Source: Marsupella aquatica (lineage: Eukaryota; Plantae; Marchantiophyta). Taken from it: DNA of 64,000 nucleotides. Positions within the stretch are counted from its first letter, which is position 1. Each line of letters opens with the position of its first letter. This document shows positions 38,434 through 52,500 of this stretch, piece by piece. Location of the stretch: the NCBI GenBank assembly GCA_973895155.1, contig OZ316898.1, positions 8,295,079 to 8,359,078 of the forward strand. The letters are read 5' to 3'. The notes beneath the pieces are model-generated. The model was given only the letters and a program-made list of their open reading frames with translations, did no database searches and was not told where the DNA came from. The position numbers and the translations under genes were made by a program.

Positions 38434-39271
38434 GGCTCAGGTAAGAAAAGAAACAGTATTACATGAAAACAATGATTCCTGCACTCGTAAAACTCTGAAC
38501 ACGCTCGTCAGTGACCCTGTTTAGAAATGCACTCCAAGCATGTTTATCTTTTAAATAAGTTTAATGTGTCTCATGCATCCAGCTGAGAGGTGTGATGGCC
38601 CGAACAAGGTACTGAATCAATGCCCTCAGAAAATATTTAATGTTCAGGCAATATTTCCTTTCTTACAACTCAGAAAAAACACCAGGCATTGTTCATGCCT
38701 GGTTGAAGAAGTTCGAATGTGATCCCATTGACTTCTGTTCAGATGGGATATATCCTGAACTCACATGAGATCTATGGAAATATGTACTTTGATTAAGATA
38801 TATTATTTCCCACCCGAGGTCTCAAAAGGTTGGATGGAGATCCCATCAGAGCTCATGACTCCCACTTTGCCATCATAATTCCTGAGCATAGCAAGGGCTT
38901 TCTCAGTACAATAATGGCGTTCATCACACCACTTTAAAGATTGAGAGTGATGTAAATTTATATACTAGCTCTGTTCCTCACTATGATCTCAATCATGTAC
39001 CTGACAAAGTGAGCAGATTTGTGATTAAACAGCGGCTAGATGAATAAAGGATTCCATTCACAGATTCAAGGCTCAGCTAAGAAAGGAAACAGTATTACCT
39101 GAAAACAATGATTCAATTGCACCTGTAAAAACCCGAACACACTCATCCATGAACTTGTTCGGAAATGCACTCAAAGAATCTTTTTCTGTTGAATCAATGC
39201 AAATGTGTCTCATGAATCCAGCAGAGAGGAATGACGGCCGAACAATGTACCGTACCAATGCACTCAGAAAA
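38434..39271. repeat. Diverged ~200-bp direct duplication downstream of SLP2 (38434-38633 and 39069-39271)
   Basis: Colinear blocks GGCTCAG.TAAGAAA.GAAACAGTATTAC.TGAAAACAATGATTC ... GAAATGCACTC ... ATGTGTCTCATG ... CTCAGAAAA. Confidence 0.85.
38846..38927 (-). ncRNA. Candidate box C/D snoRNA (target not identified)
   Basis: Minus strand reads GTGATGA (C) - 14 nt - CTGA (D') - 26 nt - ATGATGG (C') - 20 nt - CTGA (D), 82 nt in total. There is no clear terminal stem and I recognised no rRNA complement. Confidence 0.3.
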
Positions 39272-39426
39272 GGCCCTTCATACAGCCCCTGCTAGGAGTT
39301 GAACATATTCACAAGTTGGTACAGCCTGCCCATTTTATCTACATCTCAAACATTCTCCCTTTAAGAGACTGGTCTGTGAAGAGCAGACCTGCACACTTGA
39401 GGATGTTGGCATAACAACGTCCTTGA

Positions 39427-41996
39427 CTACACAGGAACTTTGACTTGAGGAGTTTTTGAGGTTAGCAAAGAAGCTAGGCCTGGGCTCTCCTGTTGTCTTT
39501 TTAGATAAGAAGACATATCGTCCCCTTCCGTCAATCTTAAAGAAGCCGTCGCAGATAATACTGTCAGGACTTTGTCATCTCGGATTTCCAGAACTTCTGG
39601 AGCTTTATTGCAACAGCCCTCTGACATCCCAACGTCCACACGAAGCACTTTATTGTTACACGCGGCATTTACCCCTAGCCTGTCTTGGATGGTATGGCCT
39701 ACCACCATTCGTTTAGCTCCTGAGACTTCGCTCAAGGCCTTTTCCAAAATATCACAGTCGCACTTACTCTCATTTTGATTTGAATACTTCCGCAACCACA
39801 CGAGAGCATCCTTTCCATGAAGATAATCGGGGCCAAAAAATTGCTTTCTGCCCAGCATCCACTGCCTGGTTTCCTCATTAATTTTATCCAGACCATGATC
39901 AATGTGATTGGGCAGAAGACCTCCATGGACGAACACAGATCCACCCACAACCAATACTGTAGGATGGGAGGCGAGAAATCTCGACGAAATCGGGCCCCCA
40001 GGTCTAAGTGCTGCCATCCTTGCTTTCAAGCCCTCGGAGAAATCCTGGGGAATGTTCTTAAAAAAATCGTACGGTTTCTCTAGCCCATGACACCTCTCCT
40101 TGAGAACGTTGCCCATCTTGTACCTACGTCACATTGCAAGATTTGTCAGAGGTTCCTACAAATAAATAGACCATACCAGGAAATGCATAACTAATGGTTT
40201 GTATCTTGCATATGTGAGCAAAGGAGTAACCTTTATGCTTTTATACAGTCAGCCATTAGCATATTGATCGCCTGATTAACCTGCCTGTCCCTACAAATAG
40301 AGTCGGAAAAAACCAGCAACAAGTCAGCTATTAATACCAGTCAGCCCAGCGTTGAAATTCATCCACTCCTTCGGGACTTGCACAACGGAAGTCACCCTCC
40401 ATATTCATAATTTCATGGTTCCCATTCATGATATGCACATCACCTCCTTCTTTCCGGGCCTCTCCTTTCAGTTTCTCCAACAGATAGAAGATTTTGATCT
40501 CATCACCTCCCCTGTCGAGTATGTCTCCAACCTAGACATTACGGAATACACAGAGCAGACAACTATCAAGCATTGACCAACATTGTGATTGCAAACAACA
40601 TCTTAAGTGTCCTCCAGGTCCTGAGAACAAGTAGCCAAATGGGCTCATTCATCATTACCATACTTTTTCTGATCAAGGGCGTCATGAGGAAAAACTTGTT
40701 CATGGAGCAAAGCAACTCACTCAATAGGGTGCACCCCTAGTGCTCGTCCTGCAGAATTACCTCTACTTCTATCACAATTCTTCACCAATCGCCAGAATAG
40801 GGAAATGTGGAGGTGGTCCTCATGAAAATTGTATACCACAGTCAAAAAGTCTTTGTCTGGTTAAACTTACTTTCAACAGAAATCGGTGACCATTTGTTTG
40901 TCCCAATATCTGCAGTCCTTTGGCGAAAAGGCTACATGCAGGGAATCTTGTAATTTCTATGAAAAAAAATTCGAACTCTAGTTTCTGCTGTTAATGTTAT
41001 CATATGAATGTCGTAAGCGTCAATCATTTAGAGCTTCGACCTCGACTACCTCAAAATTTGTTATGCTGCATTCTTATAATCTGCCGTAGCTAATTGTTGG
41101 AGTGACACCGAACGAAGGTTAGGGTTTCAACTAGAGCAGTTCAGTCGAATAATCTCTTTTATACTTGATGAGTGCTTCAACCGTCCATATTCTCTACGAA
41201 TACAACCGAGACACGGCCAGAATTCTCTTCCAAGCTGAACTAGGGATCGGTTAAAATTGCGCCCTTGATTCATTACTAGCGCTACTGTAAACCATCGCCT
41301 TTACATCTAAGCAAGGATCTAAAGTTTGCTGGCTAGGTCTACAGATATGATTATTAGGGCAATTAATGGCGCAAAGTTTGTCTAGTGCATACCTTTCCTG
41401 TTGATGTCTAGAAGCCGCAGGGTAATTGGGTGGGCACACTTTAGAGCAACAGCAATCTCCTGGAACCAGCGCCAAGTGTACTCCAAGGCATCCTAAACCA
41501 TCAGACCAGCTCTACGTCTATCCAAACTCAAACACCGCTGGGCTGGCAATAGCAGCCCAACAAAGAAACAGCCCGAGCAGAAGGTCAACACTACACTCAC
41601 CTGCACGACCACCGTCTTCCCTCCAATCCATCTGTTCTCCTCGTCCATAACTTTGGCAATTTGCAACGCTTCCTTTGCTTTGCCAAGGTCTCCATGAATG
41701 TCTCCAATAGCGATGAGGCGTTCTGGCGCCGGAATCCTGGTGGGTAAAGGCGATCTGTCCTGTCCATTCTCGTCACCTACGAGCCCAATTGGAAGGCCGT
41801 CAGGTCCCTCTGACCTCAGTTCCTCCCCCTTGGAACTGTTCCAGGGTTTTTCGCTGGGCGGCCTGTTGTGGCCAAGGAACTGCCCTCCGACTGCAAAGTC
41901 AACAAAGGAGTCGACAAATGCAGACACCAGAGAAGGAACTGCCGAGCACTGCTTGTCGTTGTTGTTCTTCGTCACTCTCAGATCCACACCCGGCAT
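39427..41996 (-). CDS. SLP2: Shewanella-like protein phosphatase 2 (PPP-family calcineurin-like phosphoesterase), ~428 aa, 3 exons
   Basis: Exons 41996-41601, 40531-40338 and 40123-39427, joined in phase by GT-AG introns. Motifs: GDIHG, GDILDRG, GNHE, FVHGG, VVGHTIQ and the SLP-type RVDVGMS. The N-terminal VSAFVDSFVDFAVGG and the CDC segment look SLP2-like rather than plastid SLP1-like. Confidence 0.9.
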
Positions 41997-44900
41997 TTTG
42001 ACTGACAAAGCTGCTGCCCACCCACCCACACACGCACCCACTCCAATTGAGGGACTTAATTTGGTTCTCACTGCCAGAGGCCCCACATGCTGATCTTTCA
42101 GCACTTCACGCAGCTCCCGAACCCATCTCCGCCCTACAGACAGCACAAACGGCACATTCCAACACAATCCTGGAGATCAAAATCCTCCATGCACAGAGAT
42201 CTGCGCCCCTTCGAAGCCAACAACACCGGATGCAGAAATCACAGATTGCCAACAAATGAAGAGAAAGAAGTCAGGACGAAAGCATACACTTGTTCAACTA
42301 CCACAAACGCTCATCACAGTCAGAAAAAACCTACAGGACATGATCTCTAGGCAAAATCAGCAGAATCATGTCACTGGCTGAGCTCAGCTCTACGAATCTT
42401 GAGTTGGAGGCAGGGAGGACACAGAAGAAAGGGCTTAATTGTCACCTCTATGACCCCGGAACGCAAACCTCTTGCAGGGCGGAGGGATGAAGGGAGTTGT
42501 TGATGGCGGAATTGGAGAAATCGTGTACATGAGGAGATTGCGATGTGGAGTGACTTATATATGTGAGATCCCTGTATCGCCACTTTTTTGAGTAATCAGA
42601 TACGTTATCATTATTTTTTGGTGTAATTCCTTGGATTGTATTTTTTGTTATATAAACTAAGGAACTTAAAGTATATATAAAGCATATATCACAGTGCCCA
42701 AGGGCAAAAAATTCCGGGAGACATGATCCCAAAGGCAAAGCAACACAATGAATGAACTTAAAAAGCACACACACACACACATTTGTTGGGACTACCAGGA
42801 TGTGACACTGTAAAAAGAATCTCCAATTACACCTAACAAATGTATTACCATCTTTCATTAAGGGAAGGAAACCCTGCTTAGACTTTATGGTTGAGTTAGA
42901 TGGTCACTGGATCCTTTCAGGGAGGAAAAAGTGGACTGACTATAGGAAGAATCACCCAAAAACTGTCTGGTCCAGGTCATTTGGGAGTACAATCAAAAAG
43001 TGTGTTACCCGAGCTCCAAGGTTGTGTCTATCTGGGTTGTGTGTGTCCATCCGGGCTTTCTTCGAAATGTGTGTGTCCTTGAGGGCTTTAAGTTCATAAA
43101 CTAAGGCCATCCATTTTTTCTTTGTATAATATATTGTCTAGAAATAGAATTAAGCATGAAAACCTCACGAGAATGTTGGGAAAACCAGATACACAATACA
43201 CATGAGAGAAAAGTGAAAAGCATGCACCAATACGCAAGATCCGTGCTTCAGCTTAGTAAAAGTTACCTCCATGGAATGTTAGAAATTTATTAAGCTTTGG
43301 TCACCATGGTCACACCAAGCCTCCAAGTGCAAGCTCTTCAATAATGCTCCACCTAGCACCTATCTTGCTCACTGCTTCCCTATATGCTAGGAACTAGAGT
43401 CGCAGCTAACCTCCCTGAAGCCCCTATATGCTAGGAACTAGAGTTGCAGCTAACCTCCATGAAGACATAGCCGTGATTAGCCTAAGGACAGAGAAGGGGG
43501 CAACAAGAAGCCCAGAAAAGGTGCACAGGTAAAGGACACAATGCACTACAGGGCCAGAAAGACAACAGAAAACCCACCTAAAGGACAAGAAGTATGCACC
43601 TCACAGGGATGACCTACCAGCGCCAGAGGCACCAAAACCAGCCCACAAGCTAAGAGAGAGGGGGGGGGGGGGGGGGGGAGGGGGCGGGGCGGGTTGGGAA
43701 GCACCACCAAGGAGGCCAGCTAGAAGGGTGTAGTCTAATTAATGCATTGCCACCTTAATTGAACGCTAGTCAAGTACAGTAAAAGTAATTCTCAGTAGTT
43801 AGACTGATCCAATGGTGCCAAGGTTTTCATCATTGAATGGTTGTCACTAGGTGTCAAAGTTACCCTCAACACTCTCTCTCACCCTTGATCAGGGGGGACC
43901 AGGGAGTGGGCCAGCCAACCAGGAGGGGGCAGAACAGGAGCAGAGTAAAACTGTCTGGAAAGGTTTTTGCACTTATTAGGCTAGAGGACATGGACTACCA
44001 TCCAATGGTGAAACCTAACCAGTTATAATAGTGTCAGATTGTTTCAAGGTGACTACAGTAGTTTGCTTAAAATGACCAAATTAAAAAAATTATTGATGTT
44101 GAGTTAACCCAAGGCGGGTGTTGTGACCCATCTCATAGTACAAACCCCTGGGTTAAGTTTGGCTGTAATCTGGGTTTTGGTCAGGGTTGCCACGTAAACT
44201 TCCTAAAGTGGCTGACCCAAACTAAATTGTGAAACAGTTAGTTTGAGATGCCTTAACAAAAGGGAGAACATAAAGGACAAACCCCAGGAAAACTAAAAGC
44301 CAAAAAAGCAAAGAGCCCTTTTAAACAGTGAAGGAACTAATGCCATACTACTGAGGAGACATTTACTTGATGAACCCCCAAAATGCAAAGTGTTTCTCAA
44401 TGGACCCATGACTGATCCAGACCGTTGATAGATCTCAAATCAATGTACCCGAAAGCTCATGGGGCCTCATGGGGTCATATCCATCATGGAATGAGGAGGG
44501 GTAAATTTTATTAGAGTAATTTTTATTATGTTAATATGAAAATGTGTACTTAGGGCTTGCATTTTTTCTAGGTCTCCTCCTCTTCTAGTTTCCTTGCAGG
44601 TGAAAAACAAAACTTATCTTAATACTCATAATCTTCAAGTTATAAGCCCAAAACTCCCATGGACCAGCAAAGTGTGGTTCATGGGAACACTCTGTCCAAC
44701 ATGGAGGTCTATCCGGGCTTCACTTTCTGAATTATTTGCTGAAATGAAAAATCATTAATGTTTTGCAGAGTAAGTGCTTCAAAAGGGATGGTGCTATGGT
44801 GCTGTGCTGGACTGTAGAACCGTTGATGGAAGGTGACAAGTTTACACTGTGGAGGTTGGTAAGATCATTTCAAACCACTTTGATGAGCCCAGGCAGAGCC

Positions 44901-45386
44901 AAATTGGTAGGACAGGACAGGAGAGGAGATATTGCAACTTGAATTTGGGTCTTGAAAACATTTTGGAAACAAAAAGGGGTCAAAAGGTGTCATGCTCCTT
45001 TGGGGTTGCATAGTTCATGGGCTCAACATTTTGAAAACAAGAAGGGTGTCAATCAAAGTCAATGAATGTCAAAGTCAAAGTAAAAAGGGGGGAAAAACAG
45101 TCAATGAATGATGGTGTAAAAGGTATCCTGGTCCTTAGGGATTGCATGGTTGAAGGCTTTGTCCATATGAGTGACTTTTGTCCCTTCATCAGAAACCAGG
45201 AGAAGTTGCAAGGAGAGAACCTCAGTCAGCCAAGAGGCGTTAGTGAAAGTGAAGTAAATAATTTTGTTCAATGCTCCTACCATTGTAAGGCCTTTCCACA
45301 TGAAGCGCCACTGTCCCCAAAGCAAAACCTAGTAGATGCAGTTACTCAAATGAATAGTTAATGTTCTCCAAAAAGTAAAATCGTGC

Positions 45387-45720
45387 TTTATTTTGTCCCC
45401 CCCAAACCTGGTCGACAATGGTGGTTTAAATCAAATTCCTTTTAAAACACCACTAGACAAAACCAAGATCCACCAGGTTTCACCCAAACCTGGTGGACAG
45501 TGGTGGTTTAGGGTTTAAATTCTTTTAAATCACCACTAGCCATGATCCACCATAAATCTTACCCTTTTTCTCCAATTGTGGAGCAAAATGGCAAGGAAGA
45601 AGAGAAAATTGAATGGAATGTGAAAAGGGGAGAAGTGTTTGACGCTCCCCCTTTTTATATGGCTAGTGGCGGTTTAAACAAAAATAAGGAGAATCCCGGT
45701 TTTGGCTTCACCACGTTTAG
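45387..45720. repeat. Dispersed MITE-like repeat also present at ~1125-1232
   Basis: TTTATTTT.TCC.CCCCAAACCTGGTCGACA.TGGTGGTTTAA occurs at 1190-1232 and 45387-45429, with a partial third copy at 45483-45510. AAACGTGGTG (1127) is inverted as CACCACGTTT (~45709). Confidence 0.6.
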
Positions 45721-46578
45721 TTGGCCTGGTCCATTTCCTAGGTTTTATTCGTTAATAAAAATTCACTCAACACAAGCTGTCTGGATAGTAAAGTTTCATC
45801 CTTCGAATTTCATTTTATGATCCCCTCCCTACGTATTGAACCTCGTATTAGTTCACTTAAGAGGTGAAAGCACAGGCGAGAAAGATTTGACTACATATAG
45901 CACCAACAGCAGGAAAAGACCTCTCTTTTCCCCTTCGGCACAAAGGAACACAGATCATACAGAGAAGTGTTAGCAATTCCTTGCAATGAAACCCTTGTAC
46001 ATATCCCTCTACTTATAATAAGAAGTGTAAAAATGACATATAAGACATTGGAGGGCCTTTAAATGTACAAAATCATAGACCAGCATTGCAACTCAGAAGT
46101 GTAGGATCTCAACATACGAACAAACATGCACATGTTCCTATGGCTAGGCAGTTTGGGAGTGAAGAACAAAAAAATGAACCTTCAATAACCAGCTGATTAT
46201 AACAAGCTTGAGAAACACTTACTGGCACATCAACTTATGAGCTCGAACTTTTCAAATACAAGAAATTATTGGATACCCTGGAACTGCTTCAATCAGTTCC
46301 TAATGGCTTGGAATGGGGCGCATTGCTCACTGGAGAGCCTATTTACTATCATTAACATGACTTCCAATTGTGATACCCTAGATATCAAGAGCCTGAAAGG
46401 AAACAATTACGGCGCACATATCCCAGAGAAAAGCTCCCTTACCTTCCTCTGACTGCACATGAGACGCATCGAATTCTTGTATAACCCCAATGAATTTGGC
46501 ATTCTAATATTGGTCTAACTACACAACAAACAAATGTATTAAGAAAAAAAACTCTTCGCAGAACTGCAAGCAGAGCAA

Positions 46579-49500
46579 TTAGTGTTGTCTCAACATTGAA
46601 TCTGGAGCCTTCGCTGCCATTTCCTTTTCTATCTCTTTACGCCTCTCCTCGGCATGTTGAGCGAGTCCATGAGCCATGGCTTGATGTTGAAAGTCTAAGC
46701 AACCAGACAGTGCTTGAAACCTTGCATGATCCGAGCCAGACATTTCTGAAAATAACAACATAGAGAGACCTCAGAAACAAGCAAGACAAGAACAAAAAGA
46801 GTAAGTCAAAGGTAGTGAATGTATGCTGACAGGATCTTAAAGTGAGAATCCGACCTTTCATTATGTCCGCGAAGAAAATGAAAGGGTCCACGTTGTCAAT
46901 GGGCGCTTGAAACTCTTCATCATCGGTGAAGTCATCATCATCATCGTCATCCTCATCATGAGGATGAAAGGATTTGGACTGCCATTCAAATTTAATATAG
47001 GGGAATTTCAGAAGCATCCTCTTATTATTCAGTTCAATTCTATCATGCGTCTCTGGTTCTCTCTTGCTAGACTGAAGACTGACTACTACAATCCATCCCA
47101 GATGCCGCACTACCTCCTTATGATTGCCCCGTTACTATAAATAAACACTCGGAAAGGATGACAAGAAACAAGCATCCCTTCGAAAGTTAGTAAATATATA
47201 CGAAACATGCCAGGATTCACACTGGTATTTTACCTGCGCAGCCAACTTTTGAAGCTTCTGATTATCAACTTCGTCACCGTCATCCTCATCGTCAGCAATC
47301 TCCTTGTCCCAGTCATCATCGTCCCCGGCTCTCCATCCCTCAAGATCCTCATCTTCATCATCTTCTAGCCCTTTTGATGCTTCTGTTGATGTTCAGACAC
47401 AAAACCCGCACTTGAGTTAGTGAATATGTGCTTTGCACTCTACCCAAACTATTGGTATTCCCATACGATAAAATTTGACCAAAACTTGTACAAAGAAATC
47501 AAAACATGCTTGGCAACGTCTGATACGCAACTGCTTTAAGCTCCTAATATCAAGATCTGTTGCTGCCTTAATTGATAGGCCAATATTAAGCAGGCCACGA
47601 CACAAACCACTATTCACTGTCAGGGGCATTATGGACACGCTAATAAATACTGGAAACGCTATTGGATGTGGGTGACGTCCCCAGGGCCACTTTCTCTCAC
47701 CTGTGCGCTGATCCTTGTATGCAAGAAGAAGCTTAAGAACAGCTTTGAACACCTGATCTAGTCCTGACTGCAACTCATAAGGCATAGCTTCTGTGGGGAG
47801 AAGCAGAAGAGATGCCAAACCCAAAACACATACTTTCTTGTCATGTTCTCTGCGACACAACAGAAGACACCAGTCCGAATTCATTTACGATGGGTATATT
47901 TGGAGTGGTCCACATAAAAATTGCAAGAAACGCTTTTCACCCAACCAACTCTTCAGACTTTTCTAACTTGTAGACCCTGAAACATCTAGGATATAGTTCT
48001 AAGGAATCTAAAGAAATGTAAAACTCCTCTCTGAACTTCATGCTTGATGTACCCTGCAATACTCTACTAAAACAGCTCAAACTTTCGTAGCTGGTATGGA
48101 CAGCAGCACTGGCTAAATTCCTTGTTATCGTCCTCCAAGGTATCATAGGTAATGAAAGTGTCGTGTGCATAGGGCTTCATCTGCTTGCCTTAAGAAATGG
48201 GCAGGCTTTCCTGACTTCTTGGTAGCATAAAGCATCTGAAACCAGACTTGAAATACTTCAGCTGTTACCCCCATCTTCTGTAATATGTTCAGCGCCAAGC
48301 CAGCATTATAATAAAATGTATTCGCAATCTGCAGTAACATCCACGCTTCAAATTAGTACCACAGCAGTAGAGCCTGCGATGGAAGCCAGGTAGTCAACCC
48401 ATTCCGGCATTCCGAAAATTGGACATTTGCATTCCAGAGAAGCTCCTAAGCTTTGGCAATCATAATCCATTACTTCACACATCCTCAAAAGTGCCATTCT
48501 AAAATCATGGTAGGATTATGAACAATATGTTGAAAGTAAGTATTTACCACTTCTATTAGAAGATCCTTCAAGTAGTTTTTCTTCGTCACCCGGAATCTTT
48601 CCAAACTTATCCTGATATATGGTTCCACCCACTCATCCACCCTACCTCTGCAGTTTTGAAATACTGCCTCAATCAATTTGGGAGCGGGTTCAATATCCCT
48701 GTCCTCCAGCTTATCATCTGACATCACCTGTTCAGCAGTAACAATATCACCCTATTAATCATTAAATGTGGCTGCACAGCAACCGGTACAAAAGTATCTG
48801 TAGACAGATTAAATGAAACAAGGCAGTTACCCACAAAACGAGAATAGGAATATCGTCTGAGTACAGACGTAAGTGTACATTGTCTATGGTAACTCACTAA
48901 CTTAAACTCGCTCCATACTTTGCCATATTTGATCGAGACAAGGAGGCCAGGATACAATAAGACTGATCTCGTTGCAAACGTAGAATGTTTTGAACAGAAG
49001 TAACAATTTACCATATTCTTTTAAGCAAAAAAAACTTTATAGTAGAAATTGGCTACTTAAAACAAATTACTTTTAACGCTTCACGTGCCCAGAAACGCCA
49101 CCAAAGTAACGGCTTATATTACAACCAGTGAGTGAAAAATACTTTATATCCAGTGTCCAAAAAGGAGAGGAACAAAGCGGCACCAGGGGCCAGACAATGA
49201 AAGGACAAGAAGATGCTGGATCAAAGAGTCACACCGTTGACATCATTGTGAACAAACTCTGCTGATAGTTGGGCTCTTTACAGGTGAGAAAATGCTCCGT
49301 ACTCCTCGAGATGTAGTTATCTAGTGGTACAAGAATGTCTGCAGAAACAAGGAACTTCGAGTTAGCTACCTGGCGATTGCAAAGCGAACATGTTCACTCC
49401 TTGGCTATGCACTATGAAAGTTGCTTCCCCGTTGTACGTCAGATCTACCCCTCAATGATAGTCACACAGTTGAAATCACTATGATTCCAACGAAAGGATG

Positions 49501-52500
49501 TGCAATATTGTCACGACGGAGCACACTGATAAAACTAGATTGAGAAGATCTCGGATGTACTTTCAAAATAGTCAATGGCCCACTCATCCATGGCGTTAAC
49601 CATAGAAGGCCACAAACTCCACATATCCAAAGAGATGGTTGGCGAAAAATAGGTCATGTACGACACAATCTCCAAAACTTCCTCAAATACATCTGCACAA
49701 CCGAAGAAATAAAATCAAGGTATGTCACAGTGTAGTTTTATGTACCGTAGAAACGAGTCTAGAGGACTTGAATCTGTAAACCCTATATATAGCTCCCCAG
49801 CTCACTCGGCTATGTGTTTCCTGAGGATTCTAGGTTACAGACGAAAACGATACTTTTCAGTTAAATATCATTATCATTCTGACAATTACTCGAGCACTCA
49901 CACATCAAGTCTGCAAAGATCATCAACGAAAGCTCTGTGATAGGCCATTATAGTCTACTAACCTTGACCATCAGTAGTAAGCATTCTCTGCATGATTGGC
50001 AGCAGGGTCGGCTCCATCTGTGGGAACAGCTGAGGTAGCCCATTTACAGATTCAAGAATGGTGCTGATAGCTCTAAGGCATCCAACAGCTGCTAGCGCTC
50101 CAGAATCATCGTCATCTTCATCAGTCTCTGCTGACTGTAAACATTTCCAGAAAGCTGCTGCCTGTAGTAACACAAAGCAGTAGCCTGTTACCATACATCC
50201 TCAAAAATACCTCTACCAATAACGATCATAGAGTTTTCTGAAGCATTTCAGCACCTGAAATTATCAACTTACCAGATTTTGACAAAGACCAAGAGCATAT
50301 GGTGCCATTTCCACGTCAAATTTCTCAACAATGGTTTCTAGCGTAAAAACAAGATCTTCGTTCTCCACTTCATTCATCAACTTAAAGAATTCTGCGTGCA
50401 ATGAACGAAAATATAAGGCCATGGTGAAAAGTCTGAATTAAAGCTACGTGCAAACGACCTAGATCTCCTCCCAGTTATGCCATTCACACAGAGTTTACGC
50501 GATAATCAACAGCTTAAATGGCAGTCACACTCCTTGACAATTGACCACGATCGCCCAAACCTAAGAATGGTAATAATCTGGCTCAGCCAAGAATAGATCC
50601 AGACAAAGATGAATGCCATCATTAAGGACAACTCACCATCAAGAAGTTGTGGCAGAATGGGACGAATTTCATTCAAATCTGCTCAGAAGCATACAAAAGA
50701 ACTTTCCAAGTCAATGTCTCAGCACACTTAGAACGCATGCATGCTTGCCCATCACCTTCATCTCAGTACCGGCTTGGGGATGTATTTGCAGCTAATCGAC
50801 TCATCACGTATTACAGTATTCTCAGATCTATAGCAACCATTCCTGTCAAAAAATCAAAGATAAAAAAAGACAACAAGTCCAACTTCGACTAGAAAACCTC
50901 TTCACCTTTGCATGACTCCACAAATGACCTGAGGGCAACGACTGAGTCCACACGAACTGGTAACTCTGGGTCCTTCAATGCTGCTACAATACGGTGCATT
51001 GCAGTGCTGAAATTTTGTTGTTCATTAAAGTTGATGTCAGCATACTGACCAGCTACCCATGCTGCCTGCAAAACTCAGAAATTTTGGTCAGGAAATACAC
51101 ACGTACCATAACAAATCGGTTGAAATTCAGAAGATTGACAATATGTTATATGACTGTACTCTTGGCCTGTGGTAACGATATTTTCAGGAAGCACAAAAGA
51201 CTGAACATTTAGTGGAGCGCAGAGACAGTGCCGAACCACGTCAGTACTGAGTCTAAGTTGTGGCGTACCCTAAAGCATCTCCTAAAAAGATTGATAATTT
51301 TCTCTGCAACGGGTGATCCACTGGAAGTCATCGTCCTACAGAACTTGCAAGATTCCACCACAACTTGCATAAAATTAGGTGATTTCACCTTTGCTCTCAG
51401 ATGGCCAGCTGGGCTATTGAACTCTGGATATACATGCTGGACCAACATAAGCTCCAGCGAAGACTTGTATGGATCTGTATGCTTCAATTTATCACTCAGA
51501 GCGCCGACGGCCAGCAACCCACCATCCTTTTGTCTATAGGGTTTGCGGTCAGCAGGAGACTCATCATATCTGCACACAGACTCCGAAAGGGTCGCTAGTT
51601 TAAACACTCTACCCAGAGAGTGACTTCCAGCTTGCGAAATACCTCCTAACGCTTCAAAGGATGCAATTCTGCTCATTATTTTCTTTCATCTCTAAAACAA
51701 GATATCATCCTGACTTTCCTAAGGGTTACACTCCTCAAATACACTAATTTTATCAGTGCTTCAATGACGGAAATAACATGCTAATAATAACCTGACCAAA
51801 TTTATTAAAAGACAAATTGATCAACATACCTTCTAAATATCTCGACAATAAAAGCGAGGAACTTTTGAAGATTCTCCTTGCCCCGTTTCCTGACAAGTTC
51901 TGTGACAAAGTTGATCGCTGCAGTGCGAGGACTGTACATGTCTTCAATGATATCTGCAATTTGAGAGAGAAAATAAGTTCTTAGAATAAGGCAGGCATGC
52001 CGGAACTTCGGGATTACAACCATCATCCACCAACATACTAAAGGAACAGACATAAGGTCGTGGTGCCACTGTAGCTACTGACACCAGTAATATAACCCTA
52101 GGACACAGGTGAGTCAATGGGTCATACAATGTGCACCCACTACACATTAACCTAGAAGAACATTGCTGAAAAAAAAACTCCCAAAACAAGTTCAAAAGAG
52201 AACAAAGTCGTCCTCAACACTTACCATAACCTTTCCGAACATACTCGTGCGGATCATCCCGCCAAAGTTCATCATCAGCATCATTGAAGCACATAAGTGG
52301 AAAGATTATTTCAAACAGCACAACATCAAGTTGTGGCTTCAGCAATTGATAAGTAACGGACTTTGAGATGCTGCCAAGGAACAGAGTGCACTATTAAACG
52401 CCAAAAACATTGATGTTTGAATGTGAGTGGACTGAAATAAGTGCACACATTAAACAAATATCCTGCTGCTAGACTCTTGTAGTTTTTTCCTTAGCCACAT

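Noticed and set aside
43655-43700. Long G runs (also ~36983-37001, ~37418 and ~60109) as G-quadruplex elements
   Set aside because: These are simple homopolymers within repeat debris, their lengths are unreliable, and there is no evidence of function.
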